DNA of 64,000 nt from Rhizophagus irregularis (Eukaryota), in assembly GCF_026210795.1 (NCBI RefSeq), contig NC_089433.1, forward strand, positions 434,001-498,000, in the 5' to 3' direction. The notes beneath the pieces are model-generated. The model was not told the DNA's origin. It saw nothing but the letters and a program-made list of their open reading frames with translations, and did not search any database. Below, in pieces: positions 12,689 to 26,500 of this stretch (positions are counted from its first letter, which is position 1; each line of letters opens with the position of its first letter). Position numbers and translations under genes: made by a program.

Positions 12689-15095
12689 GGATCATTTTAA
12701 CGCTCACCAGAGGTGAAATTCACCGGAGGTGATTTTTGCCAGATCACGTGATTTATAATTATTTTTATTAAAACTCGTTTTTGAACAAAGTACAATTTTT
12801 AATTTTTAACATCTCTAATTATAACACAATGCATATATACAGTATAATACATTATTGGTACTAATTGTTAAATAATCAAATGATTTAATAAACTTGAATA
12901 GATAATGAAGGAGTGAAGGTAATGATAAAAGAATGAAAATAATAATGAAAATGTAAAAAGAGTGAAAATGATGATAAGAGAGCAAAAGTAATGATAAAGA
13001 AACGAAAATATGATGAAAACATGTAAAGAAACAAAATAGATAATGAGGGAGTGAAAATGATGATGAAAACACGTAAAGAAACAAAATAGATGATGAGAGA
13101 GTAAAAATGATGATGAAAAAACGTAAAGGGACAAAATAGATGATGAGGGAGTGAAAATGATGATGAAAAAACGTAAACAAACAAAATAGATGATGAAGGA
13201 GTGAAAATGATGATGAAAAAATATAAAGGGATGAAACAGATGATGAGGGAGCGAAAATAATGATGAAATAACGTAAACAAACAAAATAGATGATGAAGGA
13301 GTGAAAATGATGATGAAAAAATATAAAGGGACAAAATAGATGATGAGGGAGCAAAAATAATGATGAAATAACGTAAAGGGACGAAATAGATGATGAGGGA
13401 GTGAAAATGATGATGAAAAAACATAAACAAACAAAATAGATGATGAAGGAGTGAAAATGATGATTAAACAACGTAAACAGATAAAATAGATGATGAAGGA
13501 GTGAAAATGATGATCAAAAAATGTAAAGGGACGAAATAGACGATGAGGGAGTGAAAATGATGATGAAAAAACGTAAACAAACAAAATAGATGATGAGGGA
13601 GTGAAAATGATGATTAAAAAACGTAAACAGATAAAATAGATGATGAGGGAGCGAAAATAATGATGAAATAACGTAAACAAACAAAATAGATGATGAAGGA
13701 GTGAAAATGATAATGAAAAAATATAAAGGGACGAAATAGATAATGAGGGAGCAAAAATAATGATGAAATAACGTAAAGGGACGAAATAGATGATGAGGGA
13801 GTGAAAATGATGATGAAAAAACATAAACAAATAAAATAGATGATGAAGGAGTGAAAATGATGATTAAACAACGTAAACAGATAAAATAGATGATGAAGGA
13901 GTGAAAATGATGATCAAAAAATGTAAAGGGACGAAATAGACGATAAGGGAGTGAAAATGATGATGAAAAAACGTAAACAAACAAAATAGATGATGAAGGA
14001 GTGAAAATGATGATGAAAAAATATAAAGGGACGAAATAGATGATGAGGGAGCGAAAATAATGATGAAATAACGTAAACAAACAAAATAGATGATGAAGGA
14101 GTGAAAATGATGATGAAAAAATATAAAGGGACGAAATAGATGATGAGGGAGCAAAAATGATGATGAAAAAATGCAAAGGGACGAAATAGATGATGAGGGA
14201 GCGAAAATAATGATGAAATAATGTAAACAAACAAAATAGATGATGAAGAAGTGAAAATGATGATGAAAAAATGTAAAGGGACGAAATAGATGATGAGGGA
14301 GCGAAAATAATGATGAAATAACGTAAAGGGACGAAATAGATGATGAGGGAGTGAAAATGATGATGAAAAAACATAAACAAACAAAATAGATGATGAAGGG
14401 TGAAAATGATGATTAAAAAACGTAAACAGATAAAATAGATGATGAAGGAGTGAAAATGATGATTAAAAAATGTAAAGGGGCGAAATAGACGATGAGGGAG
14501 TGAAAATGATGATGAAAACACGTAAAGAAACAAAATAGATGATGAGAGAGTAAAAATGATGATGAAAAAATGTAAAGGGACGAAATAGATGATGAGGGAG
14601 CGAAAATAATGATGAAATAATGTAAAGGGACGAAATAGATGATGAGAAAGCGATAATGATGATGAAAGAATGTAAAAGGAAAGAAGGGATAATGAAGGAG
14701 CGAAAGTAATAATAAAAGTATAAAAGAAACAAGGTGAAAGTGATAAGAAAGTGATGATAAAACAAAGAGGAAGCAAAAGGAATGATATAGAGAATAAAAA
14801 GAATAAAAAACTGATTAGTACTGTAACTACTGTTTAGTAATAAAAAAACAATAACAATAAAACAGTAAGAAAGCAAATCTTACCTTAAATTCCTTGAAAC
14901 TATTTGAAATTATTGTTATCTAAAGAAGACGAAGTTAGTAAAAAGCAAGCAAAAAAAATAAAAAATCTATTTTCAAAACTAACGTGTAAAAAGTATGTAG
15001 TACAAATCACCTGGTGAATTTCACCGGTGTAAAATTAAAAATTTTAATAATTTGCAGATCATGAAATTCACCGGAGGTGAATGTAAAATTAATCC
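12689..15095. mobile_element. Non-autonomous MULE-like element carrying an internal satellite
   Basis: Imperfect TIRs GGATCATTTTAACGCTCACC and GGTGAATGTAAAATTAATCC, subterminal TTCACCGGAGGTGA motifs, 9-bp TSD TAAAATAAA (12680-12688, 15096-15104). The host array unit rejoins exactly across it. Confidence 0.8.
12990..14700. repeat. 50-bp satellite, ~33 copies, with a 400-bp higher-order duplication
   Basis: Unit ACGTAAACAAACAAAATAGATGATGAAGGAGTGAAAATGATGATGAAAAA; diagnostic variants recur 400 bp apart (13321/13721, 13461/13861). Confidence 0.95.
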
Positions 15096-17011
15096 TAAAA
15101 TAAATTAATTTATTTTAAAAAAAGTTTTGGCTTTTTCGCTTCGAAACTCACCAATAACAAACATCCAAGAACTGAAAGTCAAACCCTACAAAATAAAAAA
15201 AAATAAGTAAATTAAAAATTTTTTTTTTAAAAAAATTTCAAAGGTTTCACTTCGAAACTCACCAATATCAAACGCCCAAAAACTGATAGCCGAAATCTAC
15301 AAAATAGAAAAAAAAATCAAAATAAATAATTTATTTTAAAAAAAGTTTCAGCTCTTTCATTCCAAAACTCACCTATATATTTAACACCAGGAACTGAAAG
15401 CTGAACCTACAAAATAGAAGAAAAAAACAATCAAAATAAATAATTTATTTTAAAAAAGTTTCGTCTCTTTCACTCTGAAACTCACCTATATATTCAACAC
15501 TCAAGAATCGAAAGTCAAACCTACAAAATAGAAGAAAAAAAAAATCAAAATAAATAATTTATTTTAAAAAAGTTTCAGCTCTTTCACTCCGAAACTCACC
15601 TATATATTCAACACCTAAGAACTGAAAGCCAAAAATAGAAGAAAAAAATTTAAAAAAATTTGATTTTTTTTTTAAAAAAAAAAGCTTCGATTCTTTCACT
15701 CTGAAACTCATCTATATACTTAACACCCAAGAACCAAAAGCCAAGATCTACAAAATAGAGAAAATAGAGGGAAAAAAAAATTAAAAAAAAATTTTTTTTT
15801 AAAAAAAAAGGTTCAATTCTTTCGTTCTAAAACTCACCTATATACTCAAAGTTCAAGAACTGAAAGCTGAACCTACAAAATAAATAAAAAATATAAGTAA
15901 ATTAAAAAAAATTTTTTTAAGTTCTGAAGTCAAAACTTACCCATCTAACGTCCAAGAACTAGAAGCCGAAACCTACAAAGTAGAAGAAAAAAAAATCAAA
16001 TAATTTTTTAAAAAAATTTCATAGTTATCATCTATATATTCAATGCTTAGGAACCGGAAGTCAAAACAATTAAAAATAATTTTTTTTTGAAGCTTTCACC
16101 TCAAAACTCACCCATATATCCAACGCGGAGCCAAAATCTACAAAATAGAAGAAAAAAAAAAATTAAAAAAAATATTTTTTTTTAAAAGTTTCAAATTGAA
16201 ACTTACCTATTGGAGATCTGGTATCCAAATCGGAACCAATTTCTCTACAAAAATAAAGAAAAACATCATTTTTTTTTAAAAGTTTCAAATTTTGAAACTT
16301 ATTGAGATTCCGATATCCAGTTGATTTCTTTACAAAAAAAGAAAAAAACGTTAATGTTTTTATTTTTAAAAGTTTATAGAATTTTTATTAGAGTCAAATA
16401 CCCTACAAAAAAATAAAAAAAATTAAAAAAATTAATTTTTTCTAGAAATTTCTCTAATAAAAAATACTAAGTTTCGTAACAAAGTAAACTATTACAAAAC
16501 TCACCTTTCCACCTATCCAAACTTGTCTGAACATAACAAAATAAAAGGAAATATTAATAAAAATGTTTCCTTCCAAGAAAAAAATTTTTTTTTTTTTAGT
16601 AAAACGAAAAAAAAGGGAATTAAATAATGATAAGTATTGTAATTGGATAATGATAATCAAAAAAAATGATGTTTCTTTCTAAAAAAAGAAAGAAAAATGA
16701 TTTTTTTAAAAAAAATCCAAGATCTATTTATGACGCAATATTTTTTTATCCAACCAATTTTTTTTTCCTGCAAAAAAAAAAAGATGTAACACAATATTTT
16801 GGGGGTTTTTTTTTTAGCTTAGAAAAAAAAATATTCGTAGCTTTATTTCTTTGAAGATCATCTAAATCAAATTTGATGTGAAATCCTATTATTTGATGAC
16901 TAAATTAAACATGCAATGAAAGTGGCACAGGAATGCTTAATTTGTAATTTTATTCTAATGATATCAAAAGAAGCAATTTAGTAAAAGCAATATTTTTTGC
17001 TATTTAACGTC

Positions 17012-17110
17012 TATAGCTATAGCTATATAGCAATAGCAATAGCAATAGCAATAGCAATAGCAATAGCAATAGCAATTGCTATTGCTATATAGCTATAAAA
17101 CATAGCTATA
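17012..17110. repeat. Fold-back (ATAGCA)n microsatellite
   Basis: TATAGCTATATAGCAATAGCA...GCAATTGCTATTGCTATATAGCTATA, inverting at CAATTG. Confidence 0.85.
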
Positions 17111-17644
17111 TAAAATTGAACAATTAAAGTTCACGTTGTGCATTTCCGAAACTATGAAAAAATGTATGAAGATCGCACAACAAATTCCATATTGAGCGAA
17201 AAAGTGAATAAATATGGAAGATGATCGTCAGAAATTTATCATCCAAAAGCATACTATCGCTAACGAATCATGTATAAAACCATAGCCGAAAAACGGATCC
17301 GAATTCCTGATTGCCGATCATCCGGACCCAGTTTAATCGCAGAAAATCCCCTGGAATTCCACGACGATATACGCTTTAGGTAGGAAAGTAGAAACTGAGT
17401 CATAACTCATAACTCATTATAAAAGGAGAACTTAGATTTAGATAAAGAAATAGAAAAAATATAAAATAAAGAAGATATAAAATTAGAAAATACCAAAAAT
17501 AGATTAATTACAAATAGCGTAGAATTAGGTACGAAACGGTAAATTATCTTGGGCCAAATATATAGAGAACATTATTTAATATCCTTAATATAGGGTAATA
17601 GTTCTTAGAAATGTAATAATAATTATATATACTGTATATCTAAT

Positions 17645-18261
17645 AACAGGGCGGACATCCTCATATTATCACATTATTGCCGATCATTTTGCCGATCATC
17701 TATTTTAATATTATCACATAAAAAATACCATTTTTTTGCAAATTTAACTATATAAATTTTATTTGTTATCAAAATTCATCCAAAGTCCGAAAATTAATGT
17801 TTTCAAATCCAAAAATTAACTAAAACCCAAAAATGGGCTGAATTTTAATAATAATTAGAAAATTAAATTATTTTAATGATATTGTGACAACCAGTGATTA
17901 AAATATAATTTTTGTTAGTTTTTTAGATTCATCTCGTCAAGACAAACATTTTGATAGTAATTTCATAAAATTTTTACACTAAATTGATTGAGAAATTGCA
18001 TTTTGAAAATTTCTATTTATTATATAGATTATAACAAATATAATTGCAAGTATAAATTTAGCCATAACTTCTTGATTACCTAAAATTAGGAATGATTACT
18101 TCGGCCATTGATTTTAAATCAGTTAAACTATGACCCATAAAAGTTTCAAGTTTCGGCCAAACTTCTGTGACTTCGGCCGAAGCTTTAAAGTCTGATATCA
18201 CCCAATTTACTATAAGATCGGCAAATGATCGGCAAGGTGATATAAGGATGTCCGCCCTGTT
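17645..18261. mobile_element. Non-autonomous TIR element with a 10-bp TSD
   Basis: Perfect 17-bp TIR AACAGGGCGGACATCCT; TSD TATATCTAAT (17635-17644, 18262-18271); paired subterminal TGCCGATC/GATCGGCA motifs. Confidence 0.88.
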
Positions 18262-18445
18262 TATATCTAATAAAGAAACGCGTTTATAAAAAAAAATTAA
18301 AAGAGTATTTAATAGAGTACTTTGAAATTTTAATTCAAACATGATTTGATTTTTTTTCTCATTGCATTCATTGTACAGTAAATTAACGAATGTGGGTGTA
18401 ATAAAAATGGTTTAATGATTTTATTTTATTTTTTTAATATATACA

Positions 18446-19640
18446 ATAGGCGTAACCCGTCACGTTGCGCCGGGGATGATACTTGCCCATCAAATAAGAA
18501 AGTAATAATAACACACTTATATTTTATTTGCCATGCAGTGTTGAATAAGTCTAGTTTTTACTATTATTATGATGGGATTAGTAGGAAATAAATGTAATAA
18601 ATTACACAATTTACATGATTATAAAATAACAATGAAATTGTGTGCAAGTGTTATACAGTATATGAAATACTATTAATATTAAATGCAAGTTTTATTTATC
18701 ACATGAAACAAAATGTTGCAGTACTGTAAAATTTACAAATACAATTTTATATAAGTAGTTTATTGTTACATTGTTACAAAAAAAATCTTTTTTTTTATCT
18801 TAAAAAATTGCATTGTGGCATTAAAAAAATACATCCTCTAAAAAAAAAAAATTATCTCACTAATTAATATGAAAAAAAAATTGATCCATTGTTACAATAA
18901 ATAAATAAGTAATTATCATTGAGCTTAATACAAAAAATTAATGTTATTATTAATAAGAATCGGGAAAAAAAGGAATTAGATCCAAACCTAAATGGGTATT
19001 TGGGAAAAAAAATTCGGTTTGAAAGAAAAAAAGCCAAACCGAAAAAGGAAAAGGGGAAAATTTTCTGATTGGAAAAAAAGCCAACCGGAAAAATCAAAAA
19101 AAAATTGAAAAAATAAAATGAAAAAAAAAGTTGTGGGGAGGAACAAAGAGAAAAATCGGGTTGAAAAAAAAACCGAATAGGAAAAAGAAAAAAAAATTTG
19201 AGGGAAAAGAAAAAGGATAAAGAAGAAATTGGTTTAAAAAAAAAATAAGTACTGAAAAAATTCCGAAAAAAAAGGACAATAATTCGGTCCAAAAAGACCG
19301 AAAAAAAAATTCAAAAAAAAATTAATAATGTCTAAAAAAAGACCGAAAAAATAATATAAAAAAAAATCATCTTAAAAGACCGAAATAATAGGATTATTTA
19401 ATAATAATAATTTAAATGGGAAAAGAATGAAAAAAAAAACAAAAAAGAAAGAAAGAGGAAAAAAACCGAAGAATTTTTTAAAAAAGAAAAAAAAAGGAAA
19501 AAAAAAAGGTGTTTCGAAAGAGAAAGAGAAAATTTGAAAAAAAAGAGAGAAACTATTTGTAAAGATAAAGAAGGGGGAACCGAAAAAATTTAGATCGGTT
19601 GGAAAAAATAGAAAAAAATTTCCGATTAAAATTTCGTTTA
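18446..19640 (-). mobile_element. Helitron remnant related to the A-rich Helitron family
   Basis: Minus-strand 3' hairpin CCCGGCGCAACGTGACGGG followed by CTAT (degenerate CTAG); the A-rich body shares GACAATAATTCGGTC and TTCCGATTAA with 4800-5100 and 40350-40750. Confidence 0.55.
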
Positions 19641-19929
19641 ATTATTTATAATTTCTTCAAATCACACTAAAAATTGTTCGTATAAAAAAATTTCTGACTT
19701 AAATTCTTGGCAATTTCTTCAGTAAATAAACCGAAAAAATTTCATACGCTGATCTAATCCGAATAAGTTAGCCATAGTCACATGCGTAGGACCCGAGTTA
19801 TCGCCCAGTGCAAAATGATGACTATTTTGGGATAAATTTTTGTTTATCTCCCCGAATATTAGCGAGTTATATATATAGGCCAGGGGAAATCGACACATTT
19901 ACTATTAGCTCTACGCATTTCTTTCGCAG

Positions 19930-20612
19930 GATATTAGCAAATACTTTTTAAATTTTTAAATGAAGTAATTATTATTTTTTATTTTATAATATTTACGTAA
20001 TCACATTAAACTAATTATTGGATTTATGATTTTTTTTTAGGTGAAATCACTTCATCGATGTTATGATACAGTTTTTATTATGGTATTACGCAAGACCCCG
20101 TGAAAAAAGATTATATGTTAATAATAGAATATACGAGCGGTGGAAATTTACATAGTTATTTAAAAAAAAAATTTTATAAATATTAAATGGATCACAAATT
20201 AGCTATTTTATGTCAAATTTCAGATGGGTATATATTATTATTAATATTTCTATCAATCTTATTTATGTGAAATAATATTAAATTATTTAATATTATTTAT
20301 TCTAGACTTAAGACTATTCATCATGAAAATTTTATACATTGAGATTTTATAGTGGAATTATATTATCATTAAAAAATAATCACAAAAAGTGGGTAATTGG
20401 AGATCTAGAATTATCGCAACCAGCAGATAATTCGTCGAATAATGAAATATATGGAGAAATACCTTATGTTCGCACCAGAAATATTTCAAGGTGGTGTATT
20501 TTCGAAAGAGTCTGACATATATAGTCTAGGTATGGTTATGTGGGAATTAACAACAGGCCGTAAACCATTTTTCAATATTGAGTATGATATTGAACTTGTT
20601 TTCAAATGATTG
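19930..20612 (+). pseudogene. Tyrosine-kinase-like kinase pseudogene fragment
   Basis: [79 protein letters not shown], with frameshifts; truncated by the repeat array. Confidence 0.9.
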
Positions 20613-20614
20613 AG

Positions 20615-22560
20615 GGGAACATCATTAACGTTCCTTTTACTTCTTTTCTTTAGGAAACGACCTTCCTGGTCCTGGATTCGGCTTGGGCTATAAAGGTAAG
20701 TTGGGGAGGGTATTTTAGCGTTTTTTTGTCTTTGGGAACATCATTAACGTTCCTTTTTCTTCTTTTCTTTAGGGAACGCCCTCTTGGACTTGAATTTCGG
20801 TTTTGGATTATTAAAGGTAAGTTGGAGTGGGGTCATTTCGGTTTCATTGGAACATCATTAATGTTCCTTTTTCTTTTTTTTCTTAGGGAATGCCAACCTG
20901 GACCTAGATTTTGGCTTAGGCTATAAAGGTTAGTTGGACTTTTGTTGTTTTTGTCATTGGGAACTCATTAACGTTCCTTCCTCTTTTTCACTTTAGGGGA
21001 CGCCTGGATTTCGGCTTAGGTTATGAAGGTAAGTTGGGAGACAGGGATTTTCATTCTTTTTGCCATTGGGAACATCATTAATGTTCCTCTTTCTTTTTTT
21101 CTTAAGAATGCTTTCCTGAATCTGGATTTTGGCTTGGATTTGAATTGTAAGGGAAGGAGTATTTTATTTATTTTATTTTATTTTTTTTTATTTGGGAACT
21201 CTTGCTTCTTTTTTTTAAAAAATAGGAATTTTTGAGATTATTAGTTTTAGGATTTTACAATAATAATAAAATAATAATATAATAAAAATAATAATTTATT
21301 TTTAATAAAATTATACAATATTAATTTAGATATAAATAATTATCCATAAATACTATTAACTTTAATTGCATTTTTTAAAAAACATTATACACGTTAAAAA
21401 AGTTCAGAGTTCATCCTAGATCTTATTACTGAAAGCAAAATTCCTGCATCAGAAAATAACCTTTCTGATAGTGTGGATGTTGTGGAATGGATAAATAAAA
21501 TTTCTCTCTCCCAAACTTATATTATCATGGAATGCTAATAATGGTTAAGATTTGTCGGTCTGGTGATGTATTATTAATCATTGCGGCAGTTGGAAAAAAA
21601 CCCGCTGCGCCCTCGGGAATTACAGAAACATGTGATAAAAAAAAAGAAGTATAAGGAATGTTAGTAACATGTAACATTTCCAACTGAGACAAAAAAAAGT
21701 GACATTTACCTATTCCCAATATACCTTTCATAGTCCAAGCAAAATCCCGGCCAGGAAGGTATTCTCTAAAGAAAAAAGCAAAGGAACTTTAGTGACGTTC
21801 CGAAGACAAAAAAAAAAAAAAAACACGCCCCTAACTAACCTACATAGCCCAAGCTAAAATCCAGGTCCAGGAAGTCATCCCTTAAAAAAAAGAAGAAAAA
21901 GGAACGTTAATGATATTCCAGAGACAAAAACTTCTCTCCCAAACTTACCTTTCATAATCCAAGCTGAAATCCAAGTCCAAGAAGGCGTTCCCTAAAGAAA
22001 AAAAAAAAGGAACGTTAATGACGTTCCAGAGACAAAAAAAAACGAAAAATCCCACCCAACTTACCTTTCACAATCCAGGCTGAAATTCAAGTCCAAGAGG
22101 GCGTTCCCTAAAGAACGTTCCAGAGACAAAAAAAAAAAGTTTCCCACCCACTCTACCTTTCATAGCCCAGGCCGAAATCCAGGTCCAGGAAGGTGTCTCC
22201 CAAATAAAGCAGCAGAAGGAGCATGACTCCTTAAACAAAAAAATAACTATCTTTAACTTACCTTTCGCAATTCAGGTCCAGGAAGGCGTCCCTAAAGAAA
22301 AGAAGTGAAGAGCACGTTTAGTAACATTCCCTGTTCAAAAACAACTGAAGTTGTCCAAGTTGTCCAAGTCAGTCCTAGGCCAAGGAGAAGGCGTCCCTAA
22401 AGAAAAAATACAAATGGAACGTTAGTAACGTCCCAAAACGAAAGAACAAGGAAAACCAATACTTACCATTCGAAATCCAAGAATCCAAGCTGGTCATTCA
22501 AGTCCGAAGTCCAAATTTCTAGTCAGAAGGAAGTAAATGACATTCCAAAAGTAAAAAATA
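20615..22560. repeat. Micro-exon/intron array family B arranged as two convergent inverted arms
   Basis: Plus arm 20615-21230: TTTAG|GGAACGCC..ATAAAG|GTAAGTTGG..GGAACATCATTAACGTTCC..TTTAG. The same units are reverse-complemented at ~21500-22560. Confidence 0.8.
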
Positions 22561-23097
22561 TTATTGAAATTCGCAGTCTGTAATGCCGTTGTAACCCTAT
22601 ATTAAAAGAAACTAATCAATAAAAATAAAAAAAAACCCAATTAGAAAAAAACTAACCTTTTTTGGTCTTTTGCCCTTTGTCATCTTATATTATTTAAAAA
22701 AAAATTAGTTTAAAAAGCTGTTAGAAAAAAAAAAATATCACCGGATATCCGATGATCCATCTGGTCAATCCGGTGATACAAACGGTCCAGGATATGAGAA
22801 CCAATTTTTTTTGTTTCGCCTTATTATTCCTATTTATAATTATATGGAACTATTTAGAAGTTGTTGTTTATATAAAACAAGACTACTAGTTGCAGTGCGT
22901 ATATTTTCTTTATGTAGGGTTTTATACTATAGTTTAAGATAAATAAATACAAAATGGTACTTTTATTTATTTTAAAATTTATTTATTTGAAAATTTCCTT
23001 ATATATACTATGTACAACCACGCACAAAAAAAAAAAAACTTAAATTTGATTCACAATGAAAATTTTTTTTATGTCGAAAGGTCTAAAGTTGATCATT

Positions 23098-23500
23098 GCT
23101 CAATTAACTTTTCATAATAAGAAAATTTTTTTTTTTTTTATGCAAGAGGGCAGAGGCGAAGTTTTACGTACAGACATGCATATCTATATATGTGTTTCAA
23201 AATAAAAAAGGCTCAATTAACTTTTCACAATAAAATTTTTTTTTTTTTTATGCAAGAGGGCAGAGGCGAAATTTTACGTACAGACATACATATTTAATTT
23301 GTGTTTCAAATAAAAAATCTCAATTAACTTTTCATAATAAAAAAAATAGATTTTTTTTATGCAGGAGGCGAAATTTTACCTACGGCCATGAATATTTGAC
23401 ATGTGTTTCAATAAAAAATCTTAATTAGCTTTTCACAATAAAAAAAAATTCTTTTTTTATGTACGTACAAACATGCATATTTACACGTGTTTCAAATGAA
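23098..23500. repeat. ~120-bp tandem repeat (3-4 degenerate copies) just upstream of the channel gene
   Basis: CTCAATTAACTTTTCA.AATAA..TTTTATGCAAGAGGGCAGAGGCGAA.TTTTACGTACAGACAT..GTGTTTCAAA recurs. Confidence 0.85.
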
Positions 23501-23589
23501 AAAAAGTATATAATCGCAAATGGACGATATAAAAAAAAAATAATTTCTTTGGAAATAAATTTATATATTTATAAGCAAGCTATTACCAA

Positions 23590-26500
23590 ATGAGTAAAGT
23601 AATCGAAATTGAAGTTGACGATGTTTATAAAAATGATGCTGAAAATGATGATAAAAATAATGTTGATGAAAATGGTGTTGATAAAACATTTTCCTTCGAT
23701 GATAAACGACATAATGGTAAACCTATTACTATGTTAGAAATATCACCAAATGAAAAATACCTTGTTACTTATAGTGAAGAAGATCGTTCAATTGTCGGTT
23801 GGAATATTGAAGATATAGATAAGGCTCAACTTAAATTTCATCAAACTGTTGAAGTTGAAGAAAATAATGAACTTTATATTCATCAAGGATATAAATATAC
23901 AATCAAAAATTTATGCGTTTCTGATGATAAGAAACTTGCTTATATTAATTGTCTTATTAACGTTTATAATTTTAAGAAATCTTATGGTGAAAATATTTAT
24001 GGTAAGTAAAATTATTTGATTATGTAATTATTAAATTATGGTAATTGATATTTATTTTAATATTTTTTTAGTAATCGATATGAATAATAAAGATAAAAAA
24101 ATTGCATTAAGTTTTGATAAATCTGGTTCTGTAAAGTATTGTACCTTTAATTTAAAAGGTGAATTTATTTTATATAATGAATATTCCGTTCGTTATTTTG
24201 GACAACTTAATTTTATTTGGATTTATTCCACACAAACTAAAAATAACAAATGGGAATGTAAGAGATTATACAGGATACCCAAAGATTATGAAATAATTAG
24301 TATATCAAAATATGAAAAAGTTTACCTGTATTCAAATGATTACATTTATGAATGGAATATTAATACTGAAAGAGGCGTAAAAATATTTGGTAATAATGAG
24401 GATAAGAATAAGGTAATAAATATTATAAAATTTATTTTCTAATCAATATTAAATTATAATTAAATAAATAAATACTATTTATTTTTTTTAGCTTGAAACA
24501 GAAAACATCGGAATATTCAGTAATGATGAAAATTTTATTTTTCTAAAAATCAATGATAAAATCATCGTTTATTTAATCGAATTGAAAATTACTATTGCTT
24601 CTTTGGATATAAATGATGGTAACCATTTTTAAAAAATTTTATTTATACTTTAATTATTACTAATATTAAATCATTATTTTTTATTTAGATATTCAACTAT
24701 ATAATTTTATGAATCATACTGGTTTATTTCTTTTACCTTCTTTATTCTATTATACCCCAGATAAAGAAATCAAACATTGCTGGAACAATAAATACAAAAC
24801 TAGGTTTAATTACACTTTATTTGATAAATCAATTGATAAACCGACTGATGAACCAACTGATGAACCAACTGATGAACCAACTGATGAACCAACTGATGAA
24901 TCAACTGATGATCAAACAAAGTTTGTGTTTGGAATTCGAAATGGATGTGTTTGGAAATCTAAATTTGACGAAAAGATGCCAAAGACGAACTTTTCAAATT
25001 CTGATGAATTAAACAAAGAAAATAATAAAATTGTTGAATGTGATGAATACTTAAATTTTCATCTATTTAATATATATAGTATGGATACTATGTCTACTTT
25101 ATTTCAAAAAGCCATAAATGATTATAGTTTTGGATATTCAACTGAATTAACTGGAAATTTAATTAAATGGAATATACATATTGGTGACGGTGAAATTAAA
25201 CTGGAAGTTTTCAAAAAAGGAAAATTAATTAGCACGAGAATTGAAAGTTTTCTTTCTTTTTTTTATCCAGATTATAACAAAAAGAATATCATATATGTCA
25301 CAATTGATCATAAATTAGTTGCAAGCTCATTATTTAATAATGATGATATTGTTATATTGACAACATTTGGAATTCTTATTTATACTTTTAATGAAAATAA
25401 CAAATCTAATGATAATGACAAACATATTTTTTTAAACTATTTTTATTCTATGGAATTAACTTTTAATAGAAAAAAAGATATGAAAATACTTCAATATTAC
25501 AAAAAAATGTTTTCAAAATCTACTTTACCATCACCAAATTATGATAGTTTTAGATCACTAGATGGATGGATTTCAGATGTAAAAAATAATAAGTTAATTC
25601 TTTTGAAATATGGAGTTGAATTATTAAAATTTGCAATTATAGAACATAAGTTAGAATTAATTGATGATATTTATAAAAAATGTATGACTTATTTTAAAGA
25701 GGATTTAATGAACAATAAGTCATTTTTAAGCATTATCACTTCTGCAATGCCATTACTAGATGAATATTATCCAGAATATATTCTAAAATATTCATCAGAA
25801 ATGAATATGATCATAGATTCTCCTTTTTATAGTATAGAGCATCAAAATAAAAATTTCCATCTTTATTCTTTTTTTAAATCTCCTCAAATAGCTAATTTAT
25901 CGAAATCTCTTTTATGGACAAAATACAGTTATAAATTTGGTTATTACAAATCTTATTATTCATTATTGTTAAAATTATTGCGTATTATATTGATAATTAT
26001 ATTTGTTATAACTTTACCCCTTTATTTAGCTACATTTTATATTTTATCAAAATACAATTTTATTAATAATATTTATAGAGAAGAAATATTTTCTCTTACT
26101 TATTTCTACATTGAACGTAAAATTTTTAAAAAATATATAACAACAACACCAACAATTACTTTTATGATTCCTTATATTAATTTTGTTAATTATTCAAGAG
26201 ATTATAATTGGTTTTTAGAATTAATTAAACCTCAACCTAGTCCATTTACTGAAACAATAAATAGAAATATTTACAAAACATGGAATGGAGAAGCATTAAT
26301 TAATTTTAAATGGAATGCTTATGGAAAATATTATTATGCAATGATTTGGATTTTATTTATGGCTTTGCTTGGATGCTTTACTACTGCTGCAACAATTTCT
26401 CAGAAATATATTAATGAAGAAGTTAGACAACAACTTTTTATTGTTTCGATTATACTTGGATTTATTCATCTGATTTTAGAAATTCGTCAATTTTTTTATA

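Larger units (their letters stand above)
11160..16520 (-). repeat. Tandem array of about 24 micro-exon + intron units (family A), interrupted by a MULE-like insertion
   Basis: On the minus strand each ~110-120-bp unit is TTTTGTAG | 33-36-nt exon (e.g. GTTTCGGCTTTCAGTTCTTGGG..ATATAG) | GT(G/A)AGTTTC..GAAAC + T-rich tract. Confidence 0.8.

Noticed and set aside
12815..14876. Long F/H/I/S-rich ORFs in all three minus frames
   Set aside because: Artefacts of a 50-bp satellite whose minus strand lacks stop codons; the period is not a multiple of 3.
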